Shown here: positions 51,518-61,133 of the stretch, piece by piece
Layout of the letters: each line of letters begins with the position of its first letter
How positions within the stretch are numbered: the stretch's first letter is position 1
The notes under the pieces: model-generated
The model's input: only the letters and a program-made list of their open reading frames with translations
Databases searched by the model: none
Told to the model about the DNA's origin: nothing
Program-made: the position numbers and the translations under genes
NCBI GenBank assembly: GCA_044867815.1
Contig: JBIOVP010000064.1
Span: 549 to 64,548, forward strand
DNA length: 64,000 nucleotides
Reading direction: 5' to 3'
From: Solirubrobacterales bacterium
Lineage (GTDB): Bacteria > Actinomycetota > Thermoleophilia > Solirubrobacterales > 70-9

Positions 51518-54500
51518 CGAGGCAGCGGATCATGCGATTCTCGCTTCTGGCAGCGGCTCTGGGACTGGTTGCCTTCGGCCTGCCTGCCGCCTCTCCGGCG
51601 ACGGCCGTCGCTGCCCCGGCCATCAAGGTCACCACCCAGGCACCTGACTACGTGACGCCTGGCGGTGGATTCGCTCTAACTATTAATGTCCGCAGCACCG
51701 GCGACCAGCCGCTCGACGGTCCACTAAACCTCCGGTTGGGAATGCCTGAGGGCATCCTGCCGGTGCCTGTGGGGAGCCTAAGCCAAGGGATCGAAATACT
51801 GTGTCCCCCTGCCACCCAGGACATGGAGTGCACCGTTGTGCTCAATGGTGTCAAAGCGGGTGAACCGGGCGCTCAGCTCAGGTTCGAACTGAGGACGACT
51901 GTCGACTCCAGTGCAACCGGTCCTCTTCTCGGGGGCTTGATCGAAGTCTCCGGCGGCGGGACACCGGGAAGCTTCGTGCACCCACTCCCGGTCACCGCCG
52001 GCCTGATCGGCCCCTTCGCGATCGACGTCTTCGACGTCCAGATGGACCCCACTCCAGCCGGCCTTCCGTCGGCGCAGGCAGGCGCCGACCCGACTGAGGT
52101 CAGGACCCGGATCGAGCCTGTCAACGAAGCATCCTCTTACTTCGGTGACCCAAGTTTCGGCGCTACCATCGTCGCGCCGCCCGAGCAGTTCCGCGACGTC
52201 GTCACCCACATCCCTCCCGGCTTCATCGGCGCTCCGACGGCCACCCCGGCCCGCTGTACCCTGGCCGAACTGAACTCTCCCTTGGCGGGGGAATTCGGTG
52301 TCCCATCGTGTTCTCCGCAGAGCCAGGTAGGCGTTGCCGAAATCAATACCGGTGACATCGTCGGTCTCTACAACCTCGAGCCGCCACCGGGCTCCCCGGC
52401 CGCCTTCGGCTTTCTCTACCAGGGCGTCGTCGTCGCCCTCCTGGCTCGGGTTCGGCCGTCCGACCACGGCGTCGACCTCGTCGTCAAGGACTCGGTCAAC
52501 TCGGTCCCCCTGCCCTCGACCGAGGTGGAGCTCTGGGGTGTGCCCAGCGATTCCTCCCACGATCACCTCCGCAGCGTCTGCCTGCTTGGCGGCGGGGGCT
52601 ACAACGCGGCAATGGAGCCCTGCGGGCTGACTAACCGCAGCGGGGCGCCCTTCTTCCGCACCCCTACTTCTTGCCCGGGCACCCCCTTGCCTTGGGAAAT
52701 CGAAATGAACACCTGGCAGAACCGCGGTAGATGGGTGAGCAAGGAGACCGAGACCGAACCGACCGTGGGTTGCGACAAACTCCCCTTCACCCCGGAGGTC
52801 TCCATGGCGCCTTCCGACTCAAAGGCCGGCTCTCCCAGCGGCCTCGAGGTCGGCATCGCCATGCCGCAGGATCGCACCGCCGCCGGCTTCGCCCAGGCAG
52901 ACCTGCGCTCGGCGACCGTGCGGCTGCCCGAGGGCGTGACGATCAACCCGGCCTCCGCCGACGGCCTCGCCGCCTGCACCGACGCGCAGCTGCGTCTCGA
53001 GCAGGAAGGCCCGTCGAACTGCCCCGACGCCGCCAAACTCGGCTCGCTCGAGTTGACCTCGCCGTTGCTCGAGGACCCGATCGGCGGCTCGGTGTACCTC
53101 CGCTCGCAGGCGTCCGACGATCCCGGGTCGGGCGACCTCTTCCGCCTCGCCCTCGAGATCCGCGACGACCGCTACGGCATCGCGATCAGGCTGCCCGGCT
53201 CGCTCGTCGTCGACGAGGAGACCGGCCAGCTGACGACCCGCTTCGAGGACCTTCCCCAGCTGCCGTTCGAGACGATGCAGCTCCACCTCAAGACCGGCCC
53301 CCGGGCGCCGCTCTCGTTGCCCGCGTCCTGTGGGACCTACACCGCCGATGTGCGGCTGGAAGGGTGGAACGGGAAGGTCGACACCTCCAGTCCGCGGTTC
53401 GACGTCGACGACAACTGCTCGCCGGTCGCATTCTCGCCGGGCTTCGAAGCCGGGGCGACGGACTCGACCGCGGGCGAGTTCGCTCCCTTCGAGCTGCGGG
53501 TGACCCGCGGCGCCGGGCAGCCCAACGTCTCCCGCATCGACGCGACCCTGCCCGAAGGCCTGGTCGCCAAACTCGCCGGGGTCGGGGTATGCGCGGGGAC
53601 GCAGGCTCAGAGCGGCGAGTGCCCGGCCGCCAGCCGGATCGGATCGGTGGTCGCCGGCATCGGCGAGGGCAGCAGCCCGCTCTTCCTGCCGCAGGCGGGC
53701 AAGGCGCCGACCGCCGTCTACTTCGCCGGTCCCTACAATGGCGCGCCGTACAGCATCGTCGCCAGGGTGCCGGCCCAGGCCGGGCCGTTCGACCTCGGCC
53801 AGGTGCTGGTGCGCTCGGCCGTGCGGATCGACCCGGAGACCGTGCAGGTGACGGTCGCGTCCGACCCGCTGCCGCAGATCTACCAGGGCGTCCCGGTCTC
53901 CTATCGCGACGTGCGGATCAGGATCGACCGGCCCGAATACACCCTCAACCCGACCGACTGCGAACCGACCGCCGTCAGCGGGATGATCTCCTCGGTCGAG
54001 GGCCAGACCGCGGCGGTGTCCTCCCGCTTCCAGGTCGCCGACTGCGCGGCGCTCGGCTTCAAGCCGAAGCTCTCGATCAGGCTCCGCGGCAAGACCCGCC
54101 GCACCGGCAACCCGGCCCTCACCGCGGTCTTGAAGATGCCGCAGGGGGGCGCCAACATCGCCCGCACCTCGGTGGCTCTGCCCAGCTCCGAGTTCCTCGC
54201 CCAGAGCCACCTCGGCACCTCCTGCACCCGGGTCGAGTACAGCGCCGGAGCGGGTGGGGGCGCGGGCTGCCCCGCGGGCTCGGTGTACGGGCGCGCCCGC
54301 GCCTTCAGCCCGCTGCTCGACCGGCCACTGGAAGGCCCGGTGTACCTGCGCTCCAACGGCGGCGCGCGGGAACTCCCGGACCTCGTCGCCTCGCTCGACG
54401 GGCAGATCCACGTCGACCTCGTCGGCTACATCGACTCCAACAAGCACACGGGCGGCCTGCGGACGACCTTCGCCAAGGTGCCGGACGCGCCGGTCTCGAA

Positions 54501-54669
54501 GTTCGTCCTGAAGATGCCGGGCGGCAAGAAGTCCCTGCTGGAAAACAGCACCAACATCTGCCGCGGCAAGCACCGCGCGATCGTCAGGATGGACGCCCAG
54601 AACGGCCGGATCCACGACTTCCGGCCGCTCGTCCGGGCGAGCTGCGGCAAGGCGGGGCGCAAGCGCTGA
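51514..54669 (+). CDS. B2: 1051-aa secreted B-family protein with DUF11/CARDB-like N-domain
   Basis: ATGA overlap with A2. Signal MRFSLLAAALGLVAFGLPAASPATAVAA. Contains AQAGADP, AGPYNGAPYSIVA..GPFDLGQVLVR and NPTDCEP. The end is NICRGKHRAIVRMDAQNGRIHDFRPLVRASCGKAGRKR. Confidence 0.9.
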   Translation: MTRQRIMRFSLLAAALGLVAFGLPAASPATAVAAPAIKVTTQAPDYVTPGGGFALTINVRSTGDQPLDGPLNLRLGMPEGILPVPVGSLSQGIEILCPPATQDMECTVVLNGVKAGEPGAQLRFELRTTVDSSATGPLLGGLIEVSGGGTPGSFVHPLPVTAGLIGPFAIDVFDVQMDPTPAGLPSAQAGADPTEVRTRIEPVNEASSYFGDPSFGATIVAPPEQFRDVVTHIPPGFIGAPTATPARCTLAELNSPLAGEFGVPSCSPQSQVGVAEINTGDIVGLYNLEPPPGSPAAFGFLYQGVVVALLARVRPSDHGVDLVVKDSVNSVPLPSTEVELWGVPSDSSHDHLRSVCLLGGGGYNAAMEPCGLTNRSGAPFFRTPTSCPGTPLPWEIEMNTWQNRGRWVSKETETEPTVGCDKLPFTPEVSMAPSDSKAGSPSGLEVGIAMPQDRTAAGFAQADLRSATVRLPEGVTINPASADGLAACTDAQLRLEQEGPSNCPDAAKLGSLELTSPLLEDPIGGSVYLRSQASDDPGSGDLFRLALEIRDDRYGIAIRLPGSLVVDEETGQLTTRFEDLPQLPFETMQLHLKTGPRAPLSLPASCGTYTADVRLEGWNGKVDTSSPRFDVDDNCSPVAFSPGFEAGATDSTAGEFAPFELRVTRGAGQPNVSRIDATLPEGLVAKLAGVGVCAGTQAQSGECPAASRIGSVVAGIGEGSSPLFLPQAGKAPTAVYFAGPYNGAPYSIVARVPAQAGPFDLGQVLVRSAVRIDPETVQVTVASDPLPQIYQGVPVSYRDVRIRIDRPEYTLNPTDCEPTAVSGMISSVEGQTAAVSSRFQVADCAALGFKPKLSIRLRGKTRRTGNPALTAVLKMPQGGANIARTSVALPSSEFLAQSHLGTSCTRVEYSAGAGGGAGCPAGSVYGRARAFSPLLDRPLEGPVYLRSNGGARELPDLVASLDGQIHVDLVGYIDSNKHTGGLRTTFAKVPDAPVSKFVLKMPGGKKSLLENSTNICRGKHRAIVRMDAQNGRIHDFRPLVRASCGKAGRKR

Positions 54670-54751
54670 GGGCCACCGCTCCACGGGGCGCAACTTCCCG
54701 CCTGAGGCGGGTTCGAGCCTGAAAGCGATTCGAGACGCGGGAGGGCTGGAG

Positions 54752-56230
54752 ATGGACCGGAGGCGGGGGCCTCGATGGCGGATGATCCTGTTGCTGGCGG
54801 GGTGCTGCGCCGCCCTGGCCGCGGTCGCGGGGGAGCCGGCCTCCGCCGCCTGGAGCGGCCGGCAGCTGGCCGTCGGCGACAGCGCCAGCCTGCCCCTGTT
54901 CGGCGTCTCCTGCCCCAGCGCTTCCCTCTGCGTCGCGGTGGGGGGAGGCAACACGATCGCCTCCTCGACCAGGCCGGCCGGCGGCAGCGACGAATGGAGG
55001 GCGATCTATCCCGGCTCGGGGCCGGCGGCGCCGAACCAGCGGCAGATCCGCGCCGTCTCCTGCCCGTCCGCGCAGCTCTGTGTCGCCGTCACCTTCGAGG
55101 GCCTCGTCTACACCAGTACCAACCCGAGCGGGGGTGTGGGCGCCTGGCAGATGACCGACCTCGCAGCCGTGGGGCCGAACCTCCATTTGTACGGCCTTTC
55201 CTGTCCCACCGCCTCTTTCTGCGCGGCCTCGGCCGGCGCCGCCAAGGTGCTGACCACGACCGACCCGACGGGGGGCGCCGGCGCCTGGCACCTGACCGAG
55301 CTTGAGGGTCCGATGGAACTGCGGGGGATCTCATGCGCCTCCGCCGCGCTCTGCGTAGCGGTCGGCGACGACGGCGACAACATCAGGCCGGAAGTGGGCG
55401 ATCAGGCGGTGGTGGTCGCCTCCACCGCTCCGCTTGCCGGGCTCTGGGGCAAGGCGACCCTGCCCGGGCACGGGAATCTCTTCGGCGTCGCCTGCCCGTC
55501 CACCGGCCTCTGCCTCAGCGGCGACGCCCTCGGGAACCTCCTCGTCGCCACCAACCCGGTGGGCGGTGCCGCCGCCTGGCGCCGGACCGACGGCGGCGGC
55601 TCGGTCCAGATAACCGATGCCGAGTGCCTCTCCGCGTCGCTCTGCCTGGCGATCGACAACAACGGCGACGTCCTCGCCTCGACCGATCCGACGGGCGGGG
55701 CCGCCGCCTGGACCTTCACCAACCTCGTGCCCTACCCGGGGATCGAGGGAGGCGGGCCCAACCACCTCTTCGCGGCCTCCTGCCCGGAGCGCGATTTCTG
55801 CGCGGCCAGCGGCAGCGGCGGCATGATCTACACCAGCGATGACCCCTTCGCCGGCGACACCGGCGTCGCCGGCCCGGCGGGGAAGAAGGCGAAGAAGGGC
55901 GGGAAGCGCCCGAAGCGGCCGCGGGTGACGATCGCCAAGGCGCCGCCGCCCGGGGTCGAGGTCCCGCGCGGCCGCAGGGCGAAAGCCCTGTACCGTTTCT
56001 TCGCCCGCAACCGGGCCCAGGTGCGCGGCTTCGTCTGCAAGCTCGACGACCGCCCGCTGCGTCGCTGCAGGTCGCCGAAGATCTACCAGGTCGGCCTCGG
56101 TCGCCACGTCTTCCGCGTCCGTGCGCTGGGCTGGAGCGGCCTGCGGGGACCGGCCGAGGTCCACCGCTTCCGGGTCTGCCGCCCGACCCCCCTCGGGACC
56201 TGCCTAGGGCACGTTCCGCCGCCGCGCTGA
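54752..56230 (+). CDS. D: secreted protein with seven ~45-aa Cys-containing repeats (beta-propeller-like), Lys-rich linker and C-terminal Ig-like domain
   Basis: Signal MILLLAGCCAALAAVAGEPASA. The repeat pattern is L.G(V/I)SCPS..LCVAV...G.(V/I)..ST(N/D)P.GG..AW (7 copies). These are followed by GKKAKKGGKRPKRPR and then YRFFA..GFVCKLDDRPLRRCRSPKIYQVGLGRHVFRVRA. Confidence 0.85.
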   Translation: MDRRRGPRWRMILLLAGCCAALAAVAGEPASAAWSGRQLAVGDSASLPLFGVSCPSASLCVAVGGGNTIASSTRPAGGSDEWRAIYPGSGPAAPNQRQIRAVSCPSAQLCVAVTFEGLVYTSTNPSGGVGAWQMTDLAAVGPNLHLYGLSCPTASFCAASAGAAKVLTTTDPTGGAGAWHLTELEGPMELRGISCASAALCVAVGDDGDNIRPEVGDQAVVVASTAPLAGLWGKATLPGHGNLFGVACPSTGLCLSGDALGNLLVATNPVGGAAAWRRTDGGGSVQITDAECLSASLCLAIDNNGDVLASTDPTGGAAAWTFTNLVPYPGIEGGGPNHLFAASCPERDFCAASGSGGMIYTSDDPFAGDTGVAGPAGKKAKKGGKRPKRPRVTIAKAPPPGVEVPRGRRAKALYRFFARNRAQVRGFVCKLDDRPLRRCRSPKIYQVGLGRHVFRVRALGWSGLRGPAEVHRFRVCRPTPLGTCLGHVPPPR

Positions 56231-56290
56231 AGGCGGCTCCCTTCAGGGAAAATCCTTCGCCGCGGATGTGATATGAACCACGATACTGCC

Positions 56291-56318
56291 TTGAACGAAC
56301 CAGTATCTATCCTAGAAG
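56291..56318 (+). promoter_or_regulatory. Candidate promoter of the GH-like gene (TTGAAC-N16-TAGAAG)
   Basis: The extended motif GCCTTGAACGAACC resembles the cassette promoters. The -10 is weak. Confidence 0.3.
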
Positions 56319-56368
56319 TCCGGCTCTCTCCCAAAGTCGAACTTCTGTCTTCGGAGAGGAAGTCTTTG

Positions 56369-58111
56369 ATGAACCTGAGGTCCCGTTTCGTCCTCGCGTT
56401 GTCGCTGGCCATCAGCATGCTTCTGATCTCGGCGGTCTCGGCGGCCGCCTTCCCTCCGGAGTTCGGGATCTCGCAGTCCTATCGCAACTTCGGCCTGAAG
56501 ACGAACGAAGGTCCCTATGACCCCTACAAGGATGTCTCCAAGTCGATCTACTGGGCTCCGCTGAACGTCAAACGCCTCCGCGTCATCATCCCGTGGGACA
56601 TCGCCGGTCGTCCCGCAGGTGACGGCATTCGACAGGAGTTCCAGGCCTGGCTGAACCGCGCCAACCAGCTCGGAGCCGACCCCTACGTCGTCTTCGGTCC
56701 GACCGAGCGCACGCCGTCAACCGATGAAGCCCACAGCCCCGCACACTGGTCGAACGTGCAGACCAGGTTCGCCGACGACTCGGCCCTCGTCGCCCCGCCC
56801 GGCCTTGTCTACAAAACCGCGATCAAGGACTTCCTCGACACCTGGGGTCCGGGCACCGCCGGCGACGTCCGCGAGATCGGCGCCTGGAACGAGCCCAACG
56901 TCGGCAAAGTCAACATGGCCATCCCAGGCAGCATCGACGGCCCGGTCTACCTCCCTGGCGGCACAACGAAGATGACGGATTGTCCCGGTGCGAGCTTCAA
57001 CACCTGCGGGCCGCTCGCGGCGGCCTGGTACTGGGAGCACGCTGTCGAAGGCATGATCGAAGAGTGCGGCTTCGGCAACGGCAACGACTGCGAGGTTGTG
57101 GCGGGCGAGTTCGCCTCCGCGCCGGGGAACGGGACGAGCTCGGAAGCCTGGCAGTACTGGACCAAGTACGCAAACAAGATTTACGCGATCGGTCCATTCG
57201 TACCGGAACTGATCAGCTTCCACGCCCACCGCGACGCCGAGGAGCTGGGCGCCAACAACGTCTACAACGAAAAAGGCGAAAAAATCGGCAACCACGACTG
57301 CAAATCCGGGCAGAAACAGTGGTGCGTCACGACGACGTTCCGTGAATGGATGACCGCCTACGGGTGGACCGGTCTCGTGCAGATCTGGAACACCGAGACC
57401 GGCGCCAGGTGGGCAAGCGGCGAATCGCAGAGCAGCGCCGACACTGCGCAGAACAACCGCTTCAACTGGTTGACCCAGATTTCCGACGAAGCAAACGTCC
57501 GCCGCCTCTACTACTTCAATTTTCAAGGGAGCGGAACCGATCGAGGGCTGATCGATTCCGGCTCCGGAGTCGATACGCGCAACCGGACGATCTGGAACAC
57601 CATCCGCTGCCGCAACGGCTGCTCGGCCTGGAGTCCACCGCCGGCGCCGACCGTTCAGACGATCGCGGCGTCGGGGGTGCAGATGACCCAGGCCACGCTG
57701 AACGGGACGGTCAACCCCAACGGCGCCAACACCGGCTACCACTTCGAGTACGGAACGGCGGATTGTTCGAGTAACCCCTGCTCCGCTGTTCCCGCTGCAG
57801 ATGCCTACGTCGGCAACGGTACTTCGGCGGTGGCAGAGAGCGCAGGCATTACCGGCCTGCAGGCTGGGACGACGTACCACTTCCGGATCGTCGCGACGAG
57901 CTCGAGAGGGGTGAGCAAAGGTGCGGATCAGACCTTCACCGCTCCTCTGAGCTCGCCCTCGTCTGCGGGTGAGTTGGCTGGCTACAACCACTTCGACGGC
58001 TCCCACAACGTCTACTTCCGCGGCACCAACGGCCACCTCTGGCAGGCCCAGTGGGGCGCGGTCAGCAAAATGTGGAGCCAGACCGACCTCGGGGGTTCGC
58101 CGGCCGGGTAG
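56369..58111 (+). CDS. Secreted clan GH-A-like glycoside hydrolase candidate with C-terminal FN3-like module
   Basis: GGAGAGGAAG RBS. Signal MNLRSRFVLALSLAISMLLISAVSAAA. IGAWNEPN (the NEP acid/base motif typical of GH5-like TIM barrels). The C-terminal ATLNGTVNPNGANTGYHFEYG..GLQAGTTYHFRIVATSSRG is the same repeat type as in A1/A2. Confidence 0.6.
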   Translation: MNLRSRFVLALSLAISMLLISAVSAAAFPPEFGISQSYRNFGLKTNEGPYDPYKDVSKSIYWAPLNVKRLRVIIPWDIAGRPAGDGIRQEFQAWLNRANQLGADPYVVFGPTERTPSTDEAHSPAHWSNVQTRFADDSALVAPPGLVYKTAIKDFLDTWGPGTAGDVREIGAWNEPNVGKVNMAIPGSIDGPVYLPGGTTKMTDCPGASFNTCGPLAAAWYWEHAVEGMIEECGFGNGNDCEVVAGEFASAPGNGTSSEAWQYWTKYANKIYAIGPFVPELISFHAHRDAEELGANNVYNEKGEKIGNHDCKSGQKQWCVTTTFREWMTAYGWTGLVQIWNTETGARWASGESQSSADTAQNNRFNWLTQISDEANVRRLYYFNFQGSGTDRGLIDSGSGVDTRNRTIWNTIRCRNGCSAWSPPPAPTVQTIAASGVQMTQATLNGTVNPNGANTGYHFEYGTADCSSNPCSAVPAADAYVGNGTSAVAESAGITGLQAGTTYHFRIVATSSRGVSKGADQTFTAPLSSPSSAGELAGYNHFDGSHNVYFRGTNGHLWQAQWGAVSKMWSQTDLGGSPAG

Positions 58112-58212
58112 GAAGCGAGCTGGAGTGGGCTCGGATCGCGTTGCCCTGACTGGCGCATCGGCGCCGCCCAGGGAAGCGCCCCAAGCGGCCGTGCGTCACG
58201 GCCCCGGTCTCG

Positions 58213-58974
58213 TCAGTGCCGTGCCGTGCAGGGCTGAGAGACCGCGCCGGACAGTGCCCGTTCATCGGCAAAGGCGAAGTGGACCCGTGCTTGGAGGCTT
58301 CCGTTTTCGCACCTGCCGTTGACGTAGCTATGAAGCCTGTGGCGATGCATCCATTTGCGACCGACTTGGAAGGAAAGCGAAATGAGGTGGCCGTAGCCGT
58401 TTGCGATCGGCGGGATCCTGGCTTCGGCTCGGAAGCCGTACACACCCTTGCGAATCCGTTCGACGACCACGGGAACTATGAAAGTGGTCGGCACCGGTTC
58501 GCTCGCGTAGGCATGGACCAAAAGGGTGGGTTCTCCGCCCACCGTCGGCCCGTTGAAGAGCGTGATCGGCGAAGAGGCCGAGAATGCGCTCTGTTCGGGG
58601 AATTCGATGATCGCGGTTGCGGTTCCGCGCCCGACTATCGAACTGGAGCACGCTCGTCGAGCGGCTCGCACGGTGGTGCCCCGAAGCCGACTCTTACGGC
58701 AATGGGAAAGACCCGTGGTATCGACTTTTCCGTGCCGGTCGAACATGAAGGTGATCGTGTTCAGAATCGGCGGCGTCCTACCCGAAGCGAGGGAGATTCG
58801 AAAGGAGGTGTGAACGGCTAGCGGCGCGTTTTCAGAGTGCGGCAAGGTCGTGGGGGTGAAGCCGGCATCACCCCTCAGAACGAAACCGTCAGCCCTGATG
58901 GTCAGCGCCTTTGCAGTGCCAAGCACGAGCAGAAGAGCAGCGAGGACGACGACGGCGAGCCTCGCGGTCCTCAT
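58213..58974 (-). CDS. C2: 253-aa secreted C-family protein
   Basis: Start at MRTARLAVVVLAALLLVLGTAKA. Contains CRKSRL..ARRACSSSIVGRG..FPEQSAFSA..LLVHAY. ATGA overlap with the upstream 2TM gene. Confidence 0.8.
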   Translation of the reverse strand: MRTARLAVVVLAALLLVLGTAKALTIRADGFVLRGDAGFTPTTLPHSENAPLAVHTSFRISLASGRTPPILNTITFMFDRHGKVDTTGLSHCRKSRLRGTTVRAARRACSSSIVGRGTATAIIEFPEQSAFSASSPITLFNGPTVGGEPTLLVHAYASEPVPTTFIVPVVVERIRKGVYGFRAEARIPPIANGYGHLISLSFQVGRKWMHRHRLHSYVNGRCENGSLQARVHFAFADERALSGAVSQPCTARH

Positions 58975-59285
58975 CCGACTTCTTCTCCGCTCAGGTATTC
59001 CATCTCCCTGCGGAGCTCGTCCTCTCCGATGGCCGGACGCCAGTAGACGAGCCAGGCGTTGCCCAGCACGCCGAAGCCCCAGCCAACCATCGGGAACACC
59101 GGCCAGAACGGCCCGCCGGTGCTCGCCCAAACCCCCACGAGCATCATGTTCACGCCGACGTAGGCGAAGAGGTGCACCCGAAAACCCTGCCGCGCTCGGA
59201 GCCTCGAAAGCGCTCGTGCCCGCAGCTCCGCCGACGCCGCATCCTCTGACCGAATATCCAACATGGACCATCCAAAACATAGCAT
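58971..59285 (-). CDS. 2TM-domain small membrane protein
   Basis: Contains RQGFRVHLFAYVGVNMMLVGVWASTGGPFWPVFPMVGWGFGVLGNAWLVY, a pattern resembling the 2TM family. The start could instead be the Met at 59264. Confidence 0.6.
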   Translation of the reverse strand: MLCFGWSMLDIRSEDAASAELRARALSRLRARQGFRVHLFAYVGVNMMLVGVWASTGGPFWPVFPMVGWGFGVLGNAWLVYWRPAIGEDELRREMEYLSGEEVG

Positions 59286-59354
59286 CTAAACTGGACTGTT
59301 GCATCACGCCTCGTCTCGGCGCGGGTTGCGGCGCCCCCGGATACAGTCCCGGCG

Positions 59355-59879
59355 ATGCCCAGCGAGTTACGTCTCACGCCTGCGTCCTACATCGTGCTTG
59401 GGCTGCTCGAGGCCGCCGGTGAGGCGACGCCCTATGAGCTCAAGGGCCTGGTGGCGGGCAGCCTGGGGGAGTTCTGGTCGGTCCAGCACGCCCAGATATA
59501 CAGCGAGTCCGAGCGATTGGCGGAGGCGGGATTCGTGCGGGAGCGACGCGAGGACACGGGGCGGCGCCGCCGCCACTACAGGATCACCACCAAGGGAAAG
59601 AAGGCCTTGAAAAGTTGGATCCAGGGGCCAACCGACGATCTGACGGAGCTGCGGGACCTGGGGTTGTTGAAGCTCTTCTTCGGCGCAACGCCGGCGGTCG
59701 TCGCCCGAGGGCAGCTTCCGGCCCATCGTGCGAAGTTGGCGGAGCACGAACGCACGCTCCAGGAGCTGGGGCCGCAGGCGCCCGTTTCCCTCCGGCTCGT
59801 GCTGGAAGCCGGTATTGGGCACGAGCGGGAGTGGGTGGGCTTCTGGACCCGTGCCGCAGATGACACGCAGTCGCGCTGA
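59355..59879 (+). CDS. PadR family transcriptional regulator
   Basis: Contains YIVLGLLEAAGEATPYELKGLV...QIYSESERLAEAGFV..RRRHYRITTKGKKAL plus a C-terminal helical domain. Confidence 0.85.
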   Translation: MPSELRLTPASYIVLGLLEAAGEATPYELKGLVAGSLGEFWSVQHAQIYSESERLAEAGFVRERREDTGRRRRHYRITTKGKKALKSWIQGPTDDLTELRDLGLLKLFFGATPAVVARGQLPAHRAKLAEHERTLQELGPQAPVSLRLVLEAGIGHEREWVGFWTRAADDTQSR

Positions 59880-61032
59880 CCAGGTGCCGCCGCGGACGGT
59901 GCTGGCGCGCCGCCTGCGGGAGCGGTTGCCGGAGCTCCAGTCGGCGGTGGCGACGCGCGTCTACGCGATCGCGGATCCGTATGAGGTGGCCGACCCGGCC
60001 TACCTCGAGGGCCTGAACGCGGCCGTCGCCGCTGCGGTCGATCACCGGCTCGCGGTGCTCGAGGTGGGGGAGCGGCGGGCGCCGGCGGTGCCGGAGGTGC
60101 TGCTGGCGCAGGCGCGGCTGGACGCGCGCGACGGGGTCGCGCTCGACACGGTGCTGCGGCGGTACTTCGCCGGCAACAGCCTGGTCGGGGACTTCCTCGC
60201 CGAAGAGGCGGAGCGGGCGGAGGTGCCGAGCTCGGAGCTGCGGCGGCTGCTGGCCGAGCAGGCGACGCTGGGCGACCGGCTGATCGAGGCGGTCAGCGCC
60301 GAACACGCGCGGGAGTCTGCGAGCCGTCCGAGCAGCAGCGAAGAGCGGATACGGGAGCGCGTCAAGGCGCTGCTCGCCGGCGAGCTGGTCGATCGGTCAG
60401 AACTCGAAGCTCAACTCGGATATGACCTCGACGCCGCTCATATCGGTCTGATGGTGAAAGGGGAGGGGGGAGAGAAACTGCTGCGCGCCCTGGCGACGAC
60501 GCTCGACCGGCGCCTTCTCTTCGGCAAGCGCGAGGAGGAGCCGATCTGGGGTGCCTGGCTGGGTGGTCGCCGACCGCTGGCCGCGGAGGATGTGGTCGCA
60601 GCATTGGACGCAGTCGCGACCAACCGGGTGTTCGTGACCGTTGGCGAGCCGGGGGAAGGGCTCGCGGGATGGCGATTCAGCCACCGGCAGGCCAAGGCGG
60701 CGCTGCCGATCGCCGAGCGCATCGGCAAGCGCGTGCTCCGATACAGCGAGGTCGCCTTGCTGGCGGCGATCGCCCGCGACGACCTGGTTGCCACCTCGCT
60801 GCGCCAGCTCTACCTGGAGCCGCTCGAGCACGGGCGGGACGGCGGCAGGGTCGCCCGCGAAACCCTGGGCGCCTACTTCGAGGCCGATCGCAACGTCTCC
60901 TCGACCGCGGCGGCTCTCGGCGTCGACCGCCGCACCGTCCGCAACCGCATCCGCGCGATCGAGGAGCTGCTCGGCCGGCCGCTGCACGGCTCGCTGGCCG
61001 ATCTCGAGATCGCGCTGCGGCTCGACGACTGA
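59860..61032 (+). CDS. PucR/CdaR-family transcriptional regulator
   Basis: Start at MTRSRADQ, overlapping the PadR end by 20 nt. C-terminal PucR HTH: TLGAYFEADRNVSSTAAALGVDRRTVRNRIRAIEELLGRPL. Confidence 0.8.
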   Translation: MTRSRADQVPPRTVLARRLRERLPELQSAVATRVYAIADPYEVADPAYLEGLNAAVAAAVDHRLAVLEVGERRAPAVPEVLLAQARLDARDGVALDTVLRRYFAGNSLVGDFLAEEAERAEVPSSELRRLLAEQATLGDRLIEAVSAEHARESASRPSSSEERIRERVKALLAGELVDRSELEAQLGYDLDAAHIGLMVKGEGGEKLLRALATTLDRRLLFGKREEEPIWGAWLGGRRPLAAEDVVAALDAVATNRVFVTVGEPGEGLAGWRFSHRQAKAALPIAERIGKRVLRYSEVALLAAIARDDLVATSLRQLYLEPLEHGRDGGRVARETLGAYFEADRNVSSTAAALGVDRRTVRNRIRAIEELLGRPLHGSLADLEIALRLDD

Positions 61033-61133
61033 CGCGCTGCTTCGCGGCCCGCTTCCCACATTGGCGTATCGGCGTCGCCGAAAGGCCCAGATTGGGGAGG
61101 AAGCACCCACCCCCGGCCGGCGAGGATCGGGGC

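Noticed and set aside
60669-61133. N-terminal 155 aa of the 412-aa ORF 60669..61907
   Set aside because: It overlaps the PucR gene out of frame and is Arg/Pro/Gly-rich. The C-family alignment and signal peptide begin at the Met at 61134.
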